A program made the position numbers and the translations under genes. Positions 1 through 12,959 of a stretch of DNA of 64,000 nt are shown here, piece after piece. The DNA lies in assembly GCF_036321535.1 (NCBI RefSeq), contig NC_087437.1, forward strand, positions 21,516,001-21,580,000. The letters run 5' to 3'. Positions within the stretch are counted from its first letter, which is position 1. Each line of letters opens with the position of its first letter. The DNA comes from Camelus dromedarius. Taxonomy: Eukaryota. The notes below the pieces were generated by a model. That model was not told the origin of the DNA, did no database searches, and was given only the letters and a program-made list of their open reading frames with translations.

Positions 1-1227
1 AGGAAGGAGAACCAGGAAATTCGAGTTCTCGAGCCTGATGTCCATCAAGATCTGAAAATAAAAGAGGACTTTGGATCAGACCAAAATCAAGGGAAGAACT
101 GGAGATGGAAAGGTAGAATATCTGTACCAGAAAACTCAGACTAGAGGAAGTTAATCTTTAACACAAATAAATAAGCAAAAGCTTAGTTCCATGCTTCCTA
201 GCAAAGTGTAAAGGGAAATGTGAACGTTTTGTCTGTCAGAAAGAAAGAAGTTGTGTGAGTAACAGCTGTGTCACTGTGATTGTGCTTCTACGTACAATCC
301 TATATTAGTTCTCTCCGAAACCCAGGGAGGGTCCCTGTGCTGGTACCTTGGGGAACAACATCGCCCTCAAAGCTCCACAGCTAGTACGTGATGAAAGCAG
401 GATTCTTCCCCCTGAACAGTGGTTCTTCAGAGCACCTGAAACATCAGCTGTTTCCAGAAGTAAACAACAAGAACGTCTCCTGCCACCCAGTCTGTCTGGG
501 AAGGCCCGTCCCAGCCTCAGCAGAGGGAGCTGAATAGGTGCGGGGCCTGTCTAGACCTTGATGGGGCCCTGGCAGAAACGGGCCTCTTCCTGGCTGAGCT
601 GCTGGGAGTCTCTGAAAGGATTACCATCTTATCTAAGAGAAACCAGAGACACACCTGCCGCACCTGCCCAGGTACCTGCTCATCTCCACGCCCTTCCCAG
701 GCGTCCTGTGTCAGGAACATGAGTCAGCTCGTTCCTCCATGTCTTCAATTCTCCCCTCCTGTGTATTAAATGACAGGAAATCGTTTCTTTCACTCACTTG
801 TCTGTGTACGACATGGGAGGGAAGGAGCCTTCTGGTGCACAGATTTCTGAACACACCTTTCACTTTTATGAACACTCAGAGGCTGGGAAGGTCCAAAGAG
901 AGGCCATTGTTAAGAGGAGCATTCTCCCTCCCCTTCTCATCCCAGTCTTCCTGTTTTGCTTGTGGTCAGAAGCCTTTTATTCAACGAGGGACGTTATAAA
1001 ATCTCAAATGAATGGGTTCTGTGAGTTAAGATTTGAACCACATTTAGAGAATGCCTGAAAACACTTTTTAATTCGTGGATATAAATAAAATGTCTTTTGA
1101 GGAAAATTGTTTAAAGTTTAGGTTGCTTTTTCCCTTTGTTTTCTTTTCCTTCTTTAGTGACAGACTGCTTTGTACATCCTCCCCCTCCCATCCTCCGTTT
1201 TCTCCTTTGAGAAGTCCTATTAGATAT

Positions 1228-2220
1228 TTGATTTTAAAAATTACTTTGACACAATTTCAGACTTACAGAAAAGTTACAAGATATCACAAAGAATTCCCAT
1301 ACACCATCCACCCAGATTTCCCAAACATTAACATTTTACCACATTTATTCATCTTTTTCTATTTAATCTATTTACCCATATTTTTCTCTGAACCATTTGA
1401 AAGTAAGTGGTAGGCATGATGCCTATTTGCTCCGAGCTACTTGAGTCAGAACTTCCTAAAAACAAATATATTTTCTTACATAATCATCACACACAATACT
1501 ATTAGCTAATCTAGTGTTCTTTTTCGGATTTCACCAATTGTCACAACAGTGTCCCTTATAGAAAAAGAAAATCCCGGATCATGTGTTGCATTCAGTGTCA
1601 TGTTTTTTAAAGTCTCGTTTCACTGGGAACCATTGCTTTAGCCTTTGTCTTTAGTGACCTTGACATTTTTGAAAAGTATAGACCAATCATTTTGTAGAAT
1701 ATCCTTCACTTTGTGTTGCTCTGATGTTTCCTCAAGATTAGATTCAGGTTATGCACTTTTGGCCAGAATAGCACAGAAGCAACGTGCTCTTCTCAGCAGT
1801 GCTGGGCCTCAGGTAAGGCAATGGTGATCCCCTTAGTTTAAGGAGAGATTCATTCTCAGCTTCATGCAAGTTCAGGATCAGCCTGAGATGCCTTGTTTGC
1901 CTCCCCTGAGTCCTAGCCCTGCTTCTCAACACATAATCTTGAGAGGAGTGTAGAATCTATTAGTTCAACATGATGTGTGTTGGCCACCTGATTAAGGTGG
2001 TGTCAGCCAGGTTTCTGCATTGTAGAGATACAATTTCTTATGTAATTAATAGATGTCTTATAGGGAGATACTCTGAGACTATGAAAATATCCTATCACTT
2101 TTCAAGTTTTCATCCAATACTTTTAGCATCTATGGATGATTCTTGCCTTAATCAAGTAAGATGTTGCCAAAGGGTAATTTTTTTCATTCTATCATTCTTT
2201 CTACATTTATTGATTAATGG
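1228..2220 (-). mobile_element. Old L1 (L1MC-like) 3' region
   Basis: Resembles L1MC 3' consensus (ttcagacttacagaaaagttaca..., gttaaggtggtgtcagccaggtttct); boundaries approximate. Confidence 0.6.
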
Positions 2221-3134
2221 ATTGACATTTTTCTAACAACAAATTAGGTTCATCAACCCACCTAAACATGTCACTATGAACTTCCTCTCCCAGACCGACT
2301 ACCAGAAAGTTAAATGAAACAAGTGTGCACTCTGAGATCATAATCTTCAGGACAAGAGGAGCCCTTTTAGTCTTGCCCGATTTCTCATCTCTAAGGCAGT
2401 TCTCCAGATAAATTTTCCTTAAGACCAAGGAACCTCTTTTTTTTTTTTTTACAGAGATTTTGGTGTAAAGCTTAATTGCAACACATTTTTCTAGACTAAA
2501 TAAATTTTGTCCTTGTTTATATGTTTTCCTGTCCACTCATTTAGCACTTGAAAGATGCCTTACTGCTTTGCCTCTTTTTCCACTTTGAGAAACTGGTTGC
2601 TTACTGGGTTGAATTCAGTTGGTGTTGATGAAGAGTTTTTGTGTGTTTCCTGACTCTTACGTGTTTGCAATTTGCTAATATGTGAAAAGTTAAATCCCTT
2701 GATTGGTCATATTGGCTATGAGTTTCCTGGCTATGATATAGTTTGCCTGATGTAGGCAAAAAACACTGCCTCAAATTATAGCGGCCAAGGCCTCTTTTTG
2801 ATTAATTTTAATAGTAGTAAAATTTACTTTTCTTACTATAGTTCGATGAACTTTTTCCCACATTTAAAATATTACTTTGGAGGGTTAACGAGGGTTAATT
2901 TAGGAGACTCATCATTTCTCCCTTGTATCAAACATCTCCAGTTACAAGAACAGTGTTTCTGCTACCTGTTCTAAAGAGGATTTTAAGGCTTGAGTTTCAG
3001 TTTAATTTAATGCTTCCTGGTCAGGATATTCACTTCTTTCTGAAAACTAGAATAGTGTCATCTGAAAATTTGATCCTTTTATGTAAACAATGCATAAATT
3101 TTGTTTAACCATGTTTTTAAAAATATCACATGTT

Positions 3135-4342
3135 GTAGGCATAACATTCTCTGACAAATCTTAGCACATTCTCCTAGGGCAGTCTACCCAGGCAATAGAA
3201 ATAAAAGCAAAAATAAACAAATAGGGCCTAATTAAACTTATAAACTTTTGCACAGCAAAGGAAACCATAAGCAAAACAAAATGACAAGCTACAAATGAGA
3301 GAAAAAATTTGCAAATGATGTGACTGACAAAAGCTTAATTTCCAGAATATATAAACAGTTCATACAATTCAATAACAACAACAACAACAAAGACAAACAA
3401 CCCAATCCAAAAATGGGCAGAAGTCCTAAGTAAGCAATTCTCCAGCAAAGACATACAAATGGCCAATAGGCACATGAAACAATTCTCAGTATCAATAATT
3501 ACCAGAGAAATGCGAATCAAAACTACAATGAGGTATCACCTGACACCAGTCAGAATGGCCTTCATTAAAAAGTCCACAAATGATAAATACTGGAGAGGGT
3601 GTGGAGAAAACACTGCTGATGGGAATGCAGTTTGGTGCAGCCATTATGGAAAACAGTATGGAGAGTCCTCAAAAAACTGAAAGTAGACCTATCATATGAT
3701 CCAGCAATCCCACTCCTAGGCATATATCCAGAGGGAACTCTAATTTGAAAAGATACATTCATCCCAAAGTTCATAGCACTATATACAATAGCCAAGACAT
3801 GGAACCAACTTAATGTCCTTCAACAGATGACTGGATAAAGAAGTTGTGGTATATGTATACAATGGAATACTACCCAGCCATAAAAAAGAATAAAATAGTT
3901 CCATTTGCAGCAACATGGATGGACTTGGAGATTGTCATTCTAAGTGAAGTAAGCAAGAAATAGAAAGAAAAATACCATATGATATCACTTATATGTGGAA
4001 TCTAAAAAAAATGACAAACAAACTTTACAAAATGGAAACAGACTTACAGACATAGAAAACAAACTTACAGTTATCAGTGGGGGAAGGGGATGGGAAGGGA
4101 TAAATCAGGAGTTCAAGATTTGCCGATATTGACTAATATATATAAAACAGATAAACAAGAAGTTCATACTGTATAGCACAGGGAACTATATTCAATATCT
4201 TGTAGTAACTTATGGTGAAAAAGAATATGAAATGAATATATGTTTGCTCATGTATAACTGAAGCATTATGCTGTACACCAGAAATTGATACAACATTGTA
4301 AACTGACTGTACTTCAGTAAAAATATACATATACAAAAAAAA
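3135..4342 (+). mobile_element. 5'-truncated lineage-specific L1 (ORF2 end, 3' UTR, poly-A)
   Basis: ORF2 C-terminal peptide [20 protein letters not shown]-rich tail at ~4335. Confidence 0.9.
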
Positions 4343-4944
4343 GCATCATCCTTAAATAATTATCAAATTAAAGGTTAATCACAATGGCAATTACACATTA
4401 TTTGAATGAATACAAGAACACAATGTATCAAAACACATTGAGTGTGGGTATTCAGAAGATAATTTAAAGATTAATTAATTAGAAAACATCAACTCTGAAA
4501 ATAAATAACCTGAGATTTCAACTCAAGCAATTAGATAAAGAGCAACAATAGAAAACCAAAGACAATAAGCAGAAGGAATTAATAAATATGAAAGTTCAAA
4601 TGGATTGAACAGAAAACAAAAAGCAGAGTTAATTCATAAAACCAAAAGCTTATTTTCTTTCTTAAAGGCAAAAATAATACACAGTCATTTTCTAAGACTG
4701 ATGAAAAACAAAGATTGATACAAATAAGCAACAGTAGAAACTAAAAATGTATCTAATTACAATGAAAGGAAAATGGAAAAATGAAGTATGATTTGGGAAA
4801 AAATATACACATTAAAATTTCCACTCCTACCCTCAGCTTTTCATGTCTACAACTATACTATAAATACATTAAATACTTTATAATTAGAAAAAAATTAGAG
4901 GAAATTATTTGGAAAAAGAAAGTTGCTTTGCAGAGTTTAGACTA

Positions 4945-6250
4945 TGCAAAACAACAAACAACCCAATTTGAGAATGTGCAGAAGACTTCAATAGACATCT
5001 CTCAGAAGAAGACATACAGATGCCAACAAGCATGTGAAAAGGCGCTCACTGTTGTCAGTCATAAGGGAAATGCAAATCAAACACACAGTGAGATGCCAGT
5101 CCATGCCCACCAGGATAGTCATAATAAAAAAAAATGGAAACTAACAAGTGTTGATGAGGATGTAGAGAAACTGGAGCCTTTGTCCATTGCTGGTGGAAAT
5201 GTAAAATCACGCAGCTGCTGTGGAGAACGGACAGGCAGTTCCTCAATAAGTTACATACCACCCAGCAATTCCGCTGCTAGGAATATACTCTAAAGAACTG
5301 ATAAATAAAAACTTGTACATGAATGTTTATAGCAGCTCTATTCATAATAGCCAAAAGGTGGAAACAATCCAACCGTCCATTACATGGATGAATGAGTATA
5401 CAAAATGTGGTAAATCCATACAATGGAATAGCACTCAGCCATAGCAAAAAATGAAGTAGTGACATGTGCTACAACATTGATGAACCTTGAAAGCACTGTA
5501 CTAAGTGAAAGAGGCTTGACACAAAAGGCTGCTGTACTGTATGTTTCACAAGTGCTGTCTTGATCCAATTTGAAAAGTCTCATTTCCCCTTTGTGGACAG
5601 CTTGCTAAGCCTCCACCCCATCTACTTCCCTCTGGGGCTCGGACACTCCTGGGTTACATACGCACATTCCCAACTGCCAGAGGCCCCGAGATACCTAACA
5701 GGAGTGGTCTTTTCTTCCTTAGATCCACAGGATTATTCAAAATACCCAATTCCCAGGAAGCCCACAAAACCTTGCTACTCCACCCTGCTTGTCATACATA
5801 GCTGCCTCCTACGGCTCTAGCATGTTGTTACCCTGTGTGGCCCTGCAAGGAAGCCTTCTCTCATCTGGAGCTGTAAGTAACAAAAAGTTCTGCCTTGCAT
5901 CTACTTAGAGTGCCTTTGTGTTGTGTCCTGTCATCCAAAGAATCTATAATTATACCTAATATCTTATAATCATAAAACAGCTATGTATGGTATTGTCCCA
6001 TTTATTGACATATCCAGAATAGGAAATCGACAGAGATGAAAATCAGATTTGTGGCTGCCAGGGGATAGGAGGAAGGAGGAGGGGGAGTGACAAGAGGGGT
6101 TTCCATTTGAGCTGATGAAAAAGTTCTGCAGCTAGATATAGTGATGGTTGCACAAACCATAAATGTACTTAATACCACTGTGTTGTACGCTTTAGAACTG
6201 TCAAAATGATAAATTTTGTTATGTGTCTTTTACCACAATTAAAAAAAAAA
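4945..6250 (+). mobile_element. L1MB-like 3' end interrupted by an LTR
   Basis: L1 ORF2-end and 3' UTR motifs; poly-A at 6241-6250. Confidence 0.8.
5542..5979 (+). mobile_element. Solo LTR (ERVL, MER74-like) nested in L1
   Basis: TG...CA ends; 3' end ctgtaagtaacaaaaagttctgcc...taaaaca resembles MER74 as recalled; splits the L1 3' UTR. Confidence 0.55.
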
Positions 6251-6419
6251 GACAAGACAAAAAATAAGACAGAGTCTAAGAAGAAAAATAGACAATGTAT
6301 GTACATGTTTTAAAGGATCTCAGTTTCCTGTGGGTGCAAGGAAACAGTCTCATCAGCTTCTCTAAGTGCAGGTACACTATTTTTTTTCTAAAACTTTAAT
6401 GGTGTTAATGCATTTATCA

Positions 6420-7660
6420 AAAAAAAAAATGCTCTACATACCAACAGGATGGCTAATATTAAAGACGAATAAGACAAATGTTGGTGGACATGTGGAATAA
6501 ACTGAATTCTCACTCATTGATAGTGTGAGATGGTACGGCCAATTTGAAATAAGTCTGACAGCTTCTTATGTAACTAAACATGAGCATATCCTATGACCCA
6601 CAAATTCCATTGCTGGGTATTTACCCAAGATAAATGAAAACAAATGTCCACAAGAAGACTTGTGGAAGAACGTCCATAGCAGCTTCATTCATGAGAGCTC
6701 CAAACTGGAAACAGCTCAGCTGTTCATCAGTTGGAGAATAAATCACAAGCTATGTGCTTCATACAATGGACTAGTATTCAGAGATAAAGAGAAACAAATG
6801 TACAACAATGTGAACAAATCCTAAAACATTATATTGAGTAAAAGAAACCTTGCAGAAAGAGTACTTGCTGTATATTCAATCTCTATGTTGTACACCTGAA
6901 ATTAACATAATATTGTAAATCAAATATACTTCATTTAAAAAAAAGAGTTCATACTGTATTTTACCATTGACAGGAAGCTATAGATATGGCAAAATTAATT
7001 TTTGGTGAAACAATTTCAGAACAATGGTTGTGTCTGAGCAGTTAGAGGTAGGAATTTATCGGAAGAGAGTGTGAGGGAATTTTCTGTGGAGGATGTTTCT
7101 ATTCCATGTCTTGGTGATGACTTAGGTTGCACGTGTGTGTATATTTGCAGGACCTCATGGTTCACTTAAGATTGTGTAATTCAGGGGTGAGGGTATAGCT
7201 CAGTGATAAAGCACATGCTTAGCATGCATGAGGTCCTAGTTCCAATCCCCAGTGCCTCCATTAAAAAATAAAATAAAATAAATAAATAAATCTAATTACC
7301 TCTCCCCACCCCCAAAAAACAACAATAACAAATATTTTTTAAAAGATTTGTGCATTTCACTGTATGTAAATTTTACCTTAAAAGGAACAAAAAGGAACCA
7401 TAAAAATATTGAATTCTAGTTAGTGATCTGCATGCTGAAGTGTTTCGGGGAAAGTATACCAAAGGCTGCAACTTATTTCAAAATGCATCCAAAAATAAGA
7501 GGGATTGGTAACTGGAAAGAGAGATGGATAGATGTATAGATAATGAATTATGAACAGTAGAATATTAATGGTAGAATTTAAGTGATGTGTGTATGGGTGT
7601 TCACTGAAGTATTTTTTCTTACCTCTTATGTGTGTTTGGAAACTTTTAAAAATAAGATAT
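6420..7660 (+). mobile_element. Old L1 (L1MC/L1MD-like) 3' end containing a SINE
   Basis: Typical L1 3' motifs, e.g. ctatgacccac..attccattgctgggtatttaccc. Confidence 0.7.
7184..7340 (+). mobile_element. tRNA-derived SINE (camelid vic-1-like)
   Basis: ggggtgagggtatagctcagtg...gtcctagttccaatcccc, AAAT tail, degenerate TSD aagatt(t)gtg. Confidence 0.85.
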
Positions 7661-9629
7661 AGGGGACAACAATAAATTATACATCATCAAAACCAGCCTT
7701 ATGGTTTGGAGTCTTAAAGGAAATCAGACAGATGTTTAACAATCAAAGTACCCCAAATGCTAAGAACTTTCTCTTTGTCTAAGTATCTCAGTGATCACCA
7801 CGAGCGGCAACAAAGCTTCTTTGTCTGACTGTGCTGACTTTTGACAGCTGGGCCAAATGTTGGGAGCCAAGGGCTGACAAGCTTCTTAGTATCAATTACT
7901 AAGCTTTACTGGCCAATTACAGTGTGAACTAATGAAACCCTCTCACTTGGTAGAAAGGATTCTTTATTGCCAAAGAGTAACCACCCTGCAATGTCAGTTT
8001 CAATTTCCCTTCCCAGCCAATATCCAGCTGTGGTTTTTCTAGCTTCATGTTTCGTAAGAAAGAACACAGATCGCTGAACGGTTATGTACTCACTATGCAG
8101 GGGTGTTACCCAATAGAAAATGAACAAGTCATCATACATAAGGGAAGATTATTGGAACAGAAATGCAGAGATCCCAGACCTGGTTCTGCTGCTACATAGG
8201 TGTGTGATCTTGGGCGAGGCACTGAACTCCCCTGTGCCTCATTTTATTAGTCTCTTCAATGGAGAAGGCAGGTAAGTTCCAGCCCCAAGACTCAACTATC
8301 AAATTTAAAAGGTACTAGTTTCCAAATAATATTTCTCAAAATTGTAACATTTCTTCTATCGATCTTGACTTATTTTATTAGTTTGTATCTTTATCAAGGT
8401 TAAACATGTACTCTGTTGTTTATAGACACTCTATAGACTCAAGTCTAACGAAACAGCAGCCCAGCCATCCCCAACATTTGTCCCTCCCCAGAAGCACTTA
8501 ACTTTTCCTTTGAACCTGCAGAAGAGTTAAAGGAACAGTATTCGGGTATTCACACTAGAAAAGTCCTTATCTAAAGGGCTGTTGTTGACATCTGACCACT
8601 CTCCATCTTTTCTACACTTCCTTTGTGCCAGACCATCTGAAAGTGCGAGGCAGACATACGACACTTCACACCTAAATACTTTAAGCATGCGTCTCCTTCC
8701 TACATAACTGCAGCATCATTGCTGTACCTGAGAAAACTGACACTAACTCCATAAAATCACCATATTTAAAGATGCCCATTGTTCCATAAATGCCTTACAA
8801 ATGTTACCTTTTTCCTAACTTAGATCTAATCAAGCTTCACACACTGTGATCTGACTGGCAGTTTTCTTGAATCTCCCAGTATCTCCTGTCCCCAAACTTT
8901 GAAGAGAACAGGCCAGTTATCTGACCTAGGTTGGTACCATTAATCCCACAGTTGTCTGACACCCTCTAGTAGGGTCAGGACAAGCATTTCTGGCAAATCA
9001 CATCGAGAAACACAGAATGTCAGTCCTTCCCTACTACTCTTGGCAAAGCCTCCACACTTGACCACTTGCGTAAAGTAGTGACTGCCAACTCTCCACACTC
9101 TCAAGGTACATTCTTCCCTTTATACTTTAATGAGTCATCCATGGAGTGATAGTTTTGAGATGGTGAGAAATCTAATTTTAGATTTTTAATTTCTGAATTG
9201 TTCTTGAGGTGGGGGGGTTCCATTAGTCAAGTGTCCCATTCTCCACCTATGGACCATCAGATAATAATAGCAGGAGTAGTAGTAATCATAATTATAATCA
9301 TGTGTTAGGACTGAGAATGATGTGAGAGATCTCAGTTAATTCCTTTTTAATTTCATTTTATTATAGGCAGTCACATTAAATTTTTTCACATTTCCTTCCA
9401 CTAGTAGTGACATGCTTGGTTTTTTCAGTTTTGGGTATGATCTACTGATTTTCACTATGGAAGAGGACACACACCACCACTGCCACGTATGTGTACCCTT
9501 TCCACGTTCCTAATACAGTTATGATTTTGTTTAGATCACTAATTGGTGTTTCCATTGTTATAACCATATGAAAATCCACAGTTGACCCTGCGTATCAATG
9601 CTATGCTGTTTCTCTTCTGTTTACTTTTC

Positions 9630-10045
9630 CTGATTCAGTTCTCCATCCTTCTCCATTCTGCTGGGTCTTTGGAGTCTGATCTTCATGGACTCCATCAAAG
9701 GGCTCCCTTGCCCCATGCTGACACTATTGGGCTTGACCAATAGGAAGCACCAGCAGGACACTGGAGGGAGGAACAGGAGATCATAGTATTTGTCCCCTGG
9801 CTCCCCCCTGCTTGGTTGCCATGGGGTAGCTGCTTTGTTCTACAAAGCCCATGGCTCTTGTCAGGCAACTCTCTCTAAATGATAGTCTCTGGAGTCAAGT
9901 AATGGCATGTTCTTTTCACCTGGAATGGTAACAATTCTTACGTTGTCCATTAGTCTTTTTATTTTTCTTAAATCTACCTACACATTTACAAATTTTTAGT
10001 GTCTTTAGTAAGATCTCCTGAATTATGCTGTTTTCTGTCGGACAT
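9630..10045 (+). mobile_element. Ancient ERVL LTR (LTR16-like)
   Basis: catggactccatcaaagggctcccttgccc...ccaataggaagcaccagcagga motif. Confidence 0.5.
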
Positions 10046-11374
10046 ATATTATGATTATTTTCTTTTCCTGCAAAACTTTTCTGTTTTCTCTGGAGTTAAT
10101 ATTTGATCTGATTTTTTTGTTTGTTTTTTAAAATTTTTTTTAGGAACTTATTATCAGTTCAACCCAAACACCTTTTATAATTTTATAAATCTCCCCTTAA
10201 GGAATTTTCTCAGCTTTGTTTTCTTAAAGCCATCTCTTATGGTGTGCTGTAATGTTCTCCAGTTCATACTAGTCAACCTCTAGACCTGACGGACAGCTTT
10301 CACACTGGGATCTCTCTTTGCTATCACTGGGGAAACTGTCTTGAGTGAAGCTGATCTTCTCTTTCCATCTGGTTTAAATCTTCAGTCTTGGCTTCCATTC
10401 TCACGTTGTGAGTGCATATCCTCTAGTTCCTTTCTGAGAAAGGACACTCAAAAGTTCAATGATTTGAGACTTTTATGTGAGAAAACATCTTTATTATATC
10501 TGAACATTTTATTGATACTTAGACTGGGTATGAATTCTATGTTAGAAATCCTTTCAGTATTTTGAAGCCATTGTGCTGTTACTCTTCAGCTTCTGGCACT
10601 GCCTTTGAGAAGTCTCAGTCAGTATTGTTCCCAATCCTTCATGTGTGATTTTTTTTTTTCTTGAAAGCTTTCAAGAGCTTCTTGGACCCAGGATCCTAGT
10701 GTGCCATGATGATGGGTCCTAGCATATGTCCATTCATTGCTGGGTACTTGAGGAAAACATCAATCTGAGGAAATCTCAGAAAAAACTTCAGTCTGAGGTG
10801 TTGCCAGGGGTTGGAGGGAGGGAGCTACTAATTAAAGAGCATAAAGTTTTAGTCAAGTTCTACATGAATTCAGTTAAGATGAATAAGTTCTACAGAGCAG
10901 TGGGGCAGTACTGCACCCTTAGTCAACAATACTGTGCTGTACCCTTAACACTTGTAAACAGGGTAGATCTTGTGTTGTGTTCTTATTACAATAAAAGAAA
11001 AAAAAATTTTAATGCCTTTCTCACAACACTGTGGTGAGAATTAAATAGCAGAATGTTACAAAGCTCATGGTCTGTAAACAGTCTTTACGATTGCTGTTCT
11101 CATGGACTGAAGTCTGGAAGTAGGAAAAAAGAGGACCATTGCAATAGGCTAAGTTTGAGAAGAAGAGGCCCTGCATTAAGTAATAACCGTGAGGATGGAG
11201 AGAACAGGGCAGATGTAGGAGATGACGCTGCACCAGGACTTGCGAGCTGCATGTGAGGGTGAAGAAAAGGTGGAATCAAAGATGACTCATGGTTGCAACT
11301 TCTAGTATTTGTTAATAATACATGTAGACATAGCACATGATGACATTTCAGCCAAAAAATGACTTCCTTCACTC

Positions 11375-11531
11375 AGTGGCGCTAAGGAAGTGTAATTGGG
11401 AAATTATCATCTGATAACCCCAGAGATATTGGTTAAGACCCCACTGGTGTTTGATTAAGCTGTTGAGGGGGGGAAGTGGTTTGTGTGTATTGAATTCAGG
11501 AAGCATTTATCTAGCAGTGGTGGACTACAGC
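11375..11531 (-). pseudogene. Possible further decayed exon ending in QLHFLSAT (helicase motif III-like)
   Basis: Strong ttttctttcttag acceptor; frame MLPEFNTHKPLPPLNSLIKHQWGLNQYLWGYQMIISQLHFLSAT. Confidence 0.35.
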
Positions 11532-11879
11532 CTAAGAAAGAAAAACAAAGATCACAAAAGCTGTGATAATTTGTCTTGCCGCTTCTGCTGCAGTGCGTGC
11601 AGATGCCGGGTTCTAGCTCCTGGGCTCCTTGCTATGGACGCTGCATTTGTCTGATGCCGCTAACTGGAGCTTTGCTTCGTACCTTCAGTCAAGTCCCCTT
11701 AATGAGGACCCTGATATCACCCTGTAGTGGTTTTTTTTTTTTTCCTTTTCAGAAAGGAATACATGAAACAAATGAGCTGTGACTAATATCTATTATTCTT
11801 AAGTAAGCATCTCTCATTCCCCAGAAGAGAAAAAAAATATTATTTTCCAGCAAAGGAAGAGAGCAAAATTCCCTGTCAA

Positions 11880-12706
11880 GAGAAATGCAAATCAAAACTA
11901 CGATGAGCTATCACCTCATACCAGTCAGAATGGCCATTATTTAAAAGTCCACAAATGACAAATGCTGGAGAGGCTCTGGAGAAAAGGGAACCCTCCTACC
12001 CTGCTGGTGGGAATGCAGTTTGGTGCACCCACTGTGGAAAACAGTATAGAAATTCCTCAAAAGACCAGGTAGACTTACCATATGACCCAGGAATCCCGCT
12101 CCTGGGCATATATCCAGAAGGAACCCTACTTCAAAAAGACACCTGCACCCCAATGTTCATAGCAGCACTATTTACAATAGCCAAGGCATGGAAACAGCCT
12201 AAATGTCCATCAACAGATGACTGGCTAAAGAAGATGTGGTATATTTATACAATGGAATACTACTCAGCCACAAAAATAATAAAATACCATTTGCAGCAAC
12301 ATGGATGGCCTTGGAGAATGTCATTCTAGGTGAAGCAAGCCAGAAAGAGAAAGAAAAATACCATATGAGATTGCTCATATGTGGAATCTAAAAAAAGGAA
12401 CATAAATACAAAATAGAAACAGACTCATAGACATAGAATACAAACTTGTTGCCAAGGGGGCGGGGGGTGGGAAGGGACAGACTGGGAGTTCAAAATTTGT
12501 AGATACTGACAGGCATATGTAGAATAGATAAACAAGATTATACTGTATAGCACAGGGAAATATATACAAGGATCTTGTAGCTCACAGAGAAAAAAATTGT
12601 GACAACGAATATATGTATGTTCATGTATAATTGAAAAATTGTTCTCTACACTGGAATTTGACACAACATTCTGAAATGACTATAACTCAATAAAAAAATG
12701 TAAAAA
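11880..12706 (+). mobile_element. Young 5'-truncated L1 with 15-bp TSD
   Basis: TSD aaaattccctgtcaa at 11865-11879 and 12707-12721; ORF2 C-terminal peptide in ORF 11955..12329; poly-A tail. Confidence 0.93.
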
Positions 12707-12959
12707 AAAATTCCCTGTCAAAAGTCCCTCTTGGCCTGGAAATCATGTCAGCTTACTTTTAAATGTTTCTGACTAAAGGAGGGAGAAAGAAAACTGCCCT
12801 TGAGGGTCCTGAATGAGGGAGGAGCATTGGGTGACACACAGTTGCCTCTTTGTGAAAGGAATAAAGTCTGAAGGCTGGCTCTGTCCTGGCCTCTCTTTTC
12901 CCTCCTTTGGCATTCTTTCCTGGACAGCGCCCAGCACAGAGCAGGCCCTAGGCTGATAC

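Noticed and set aside
4781..5293. 170-aa ORF, the longest in the window
   Set aside because: Off-frame reading of degraded L1 ORF2 sequence
11955..12329. 124-aa ORF
   Set aside because: C-terminus of L1 ORF2 in a truncated copy, not a host gene
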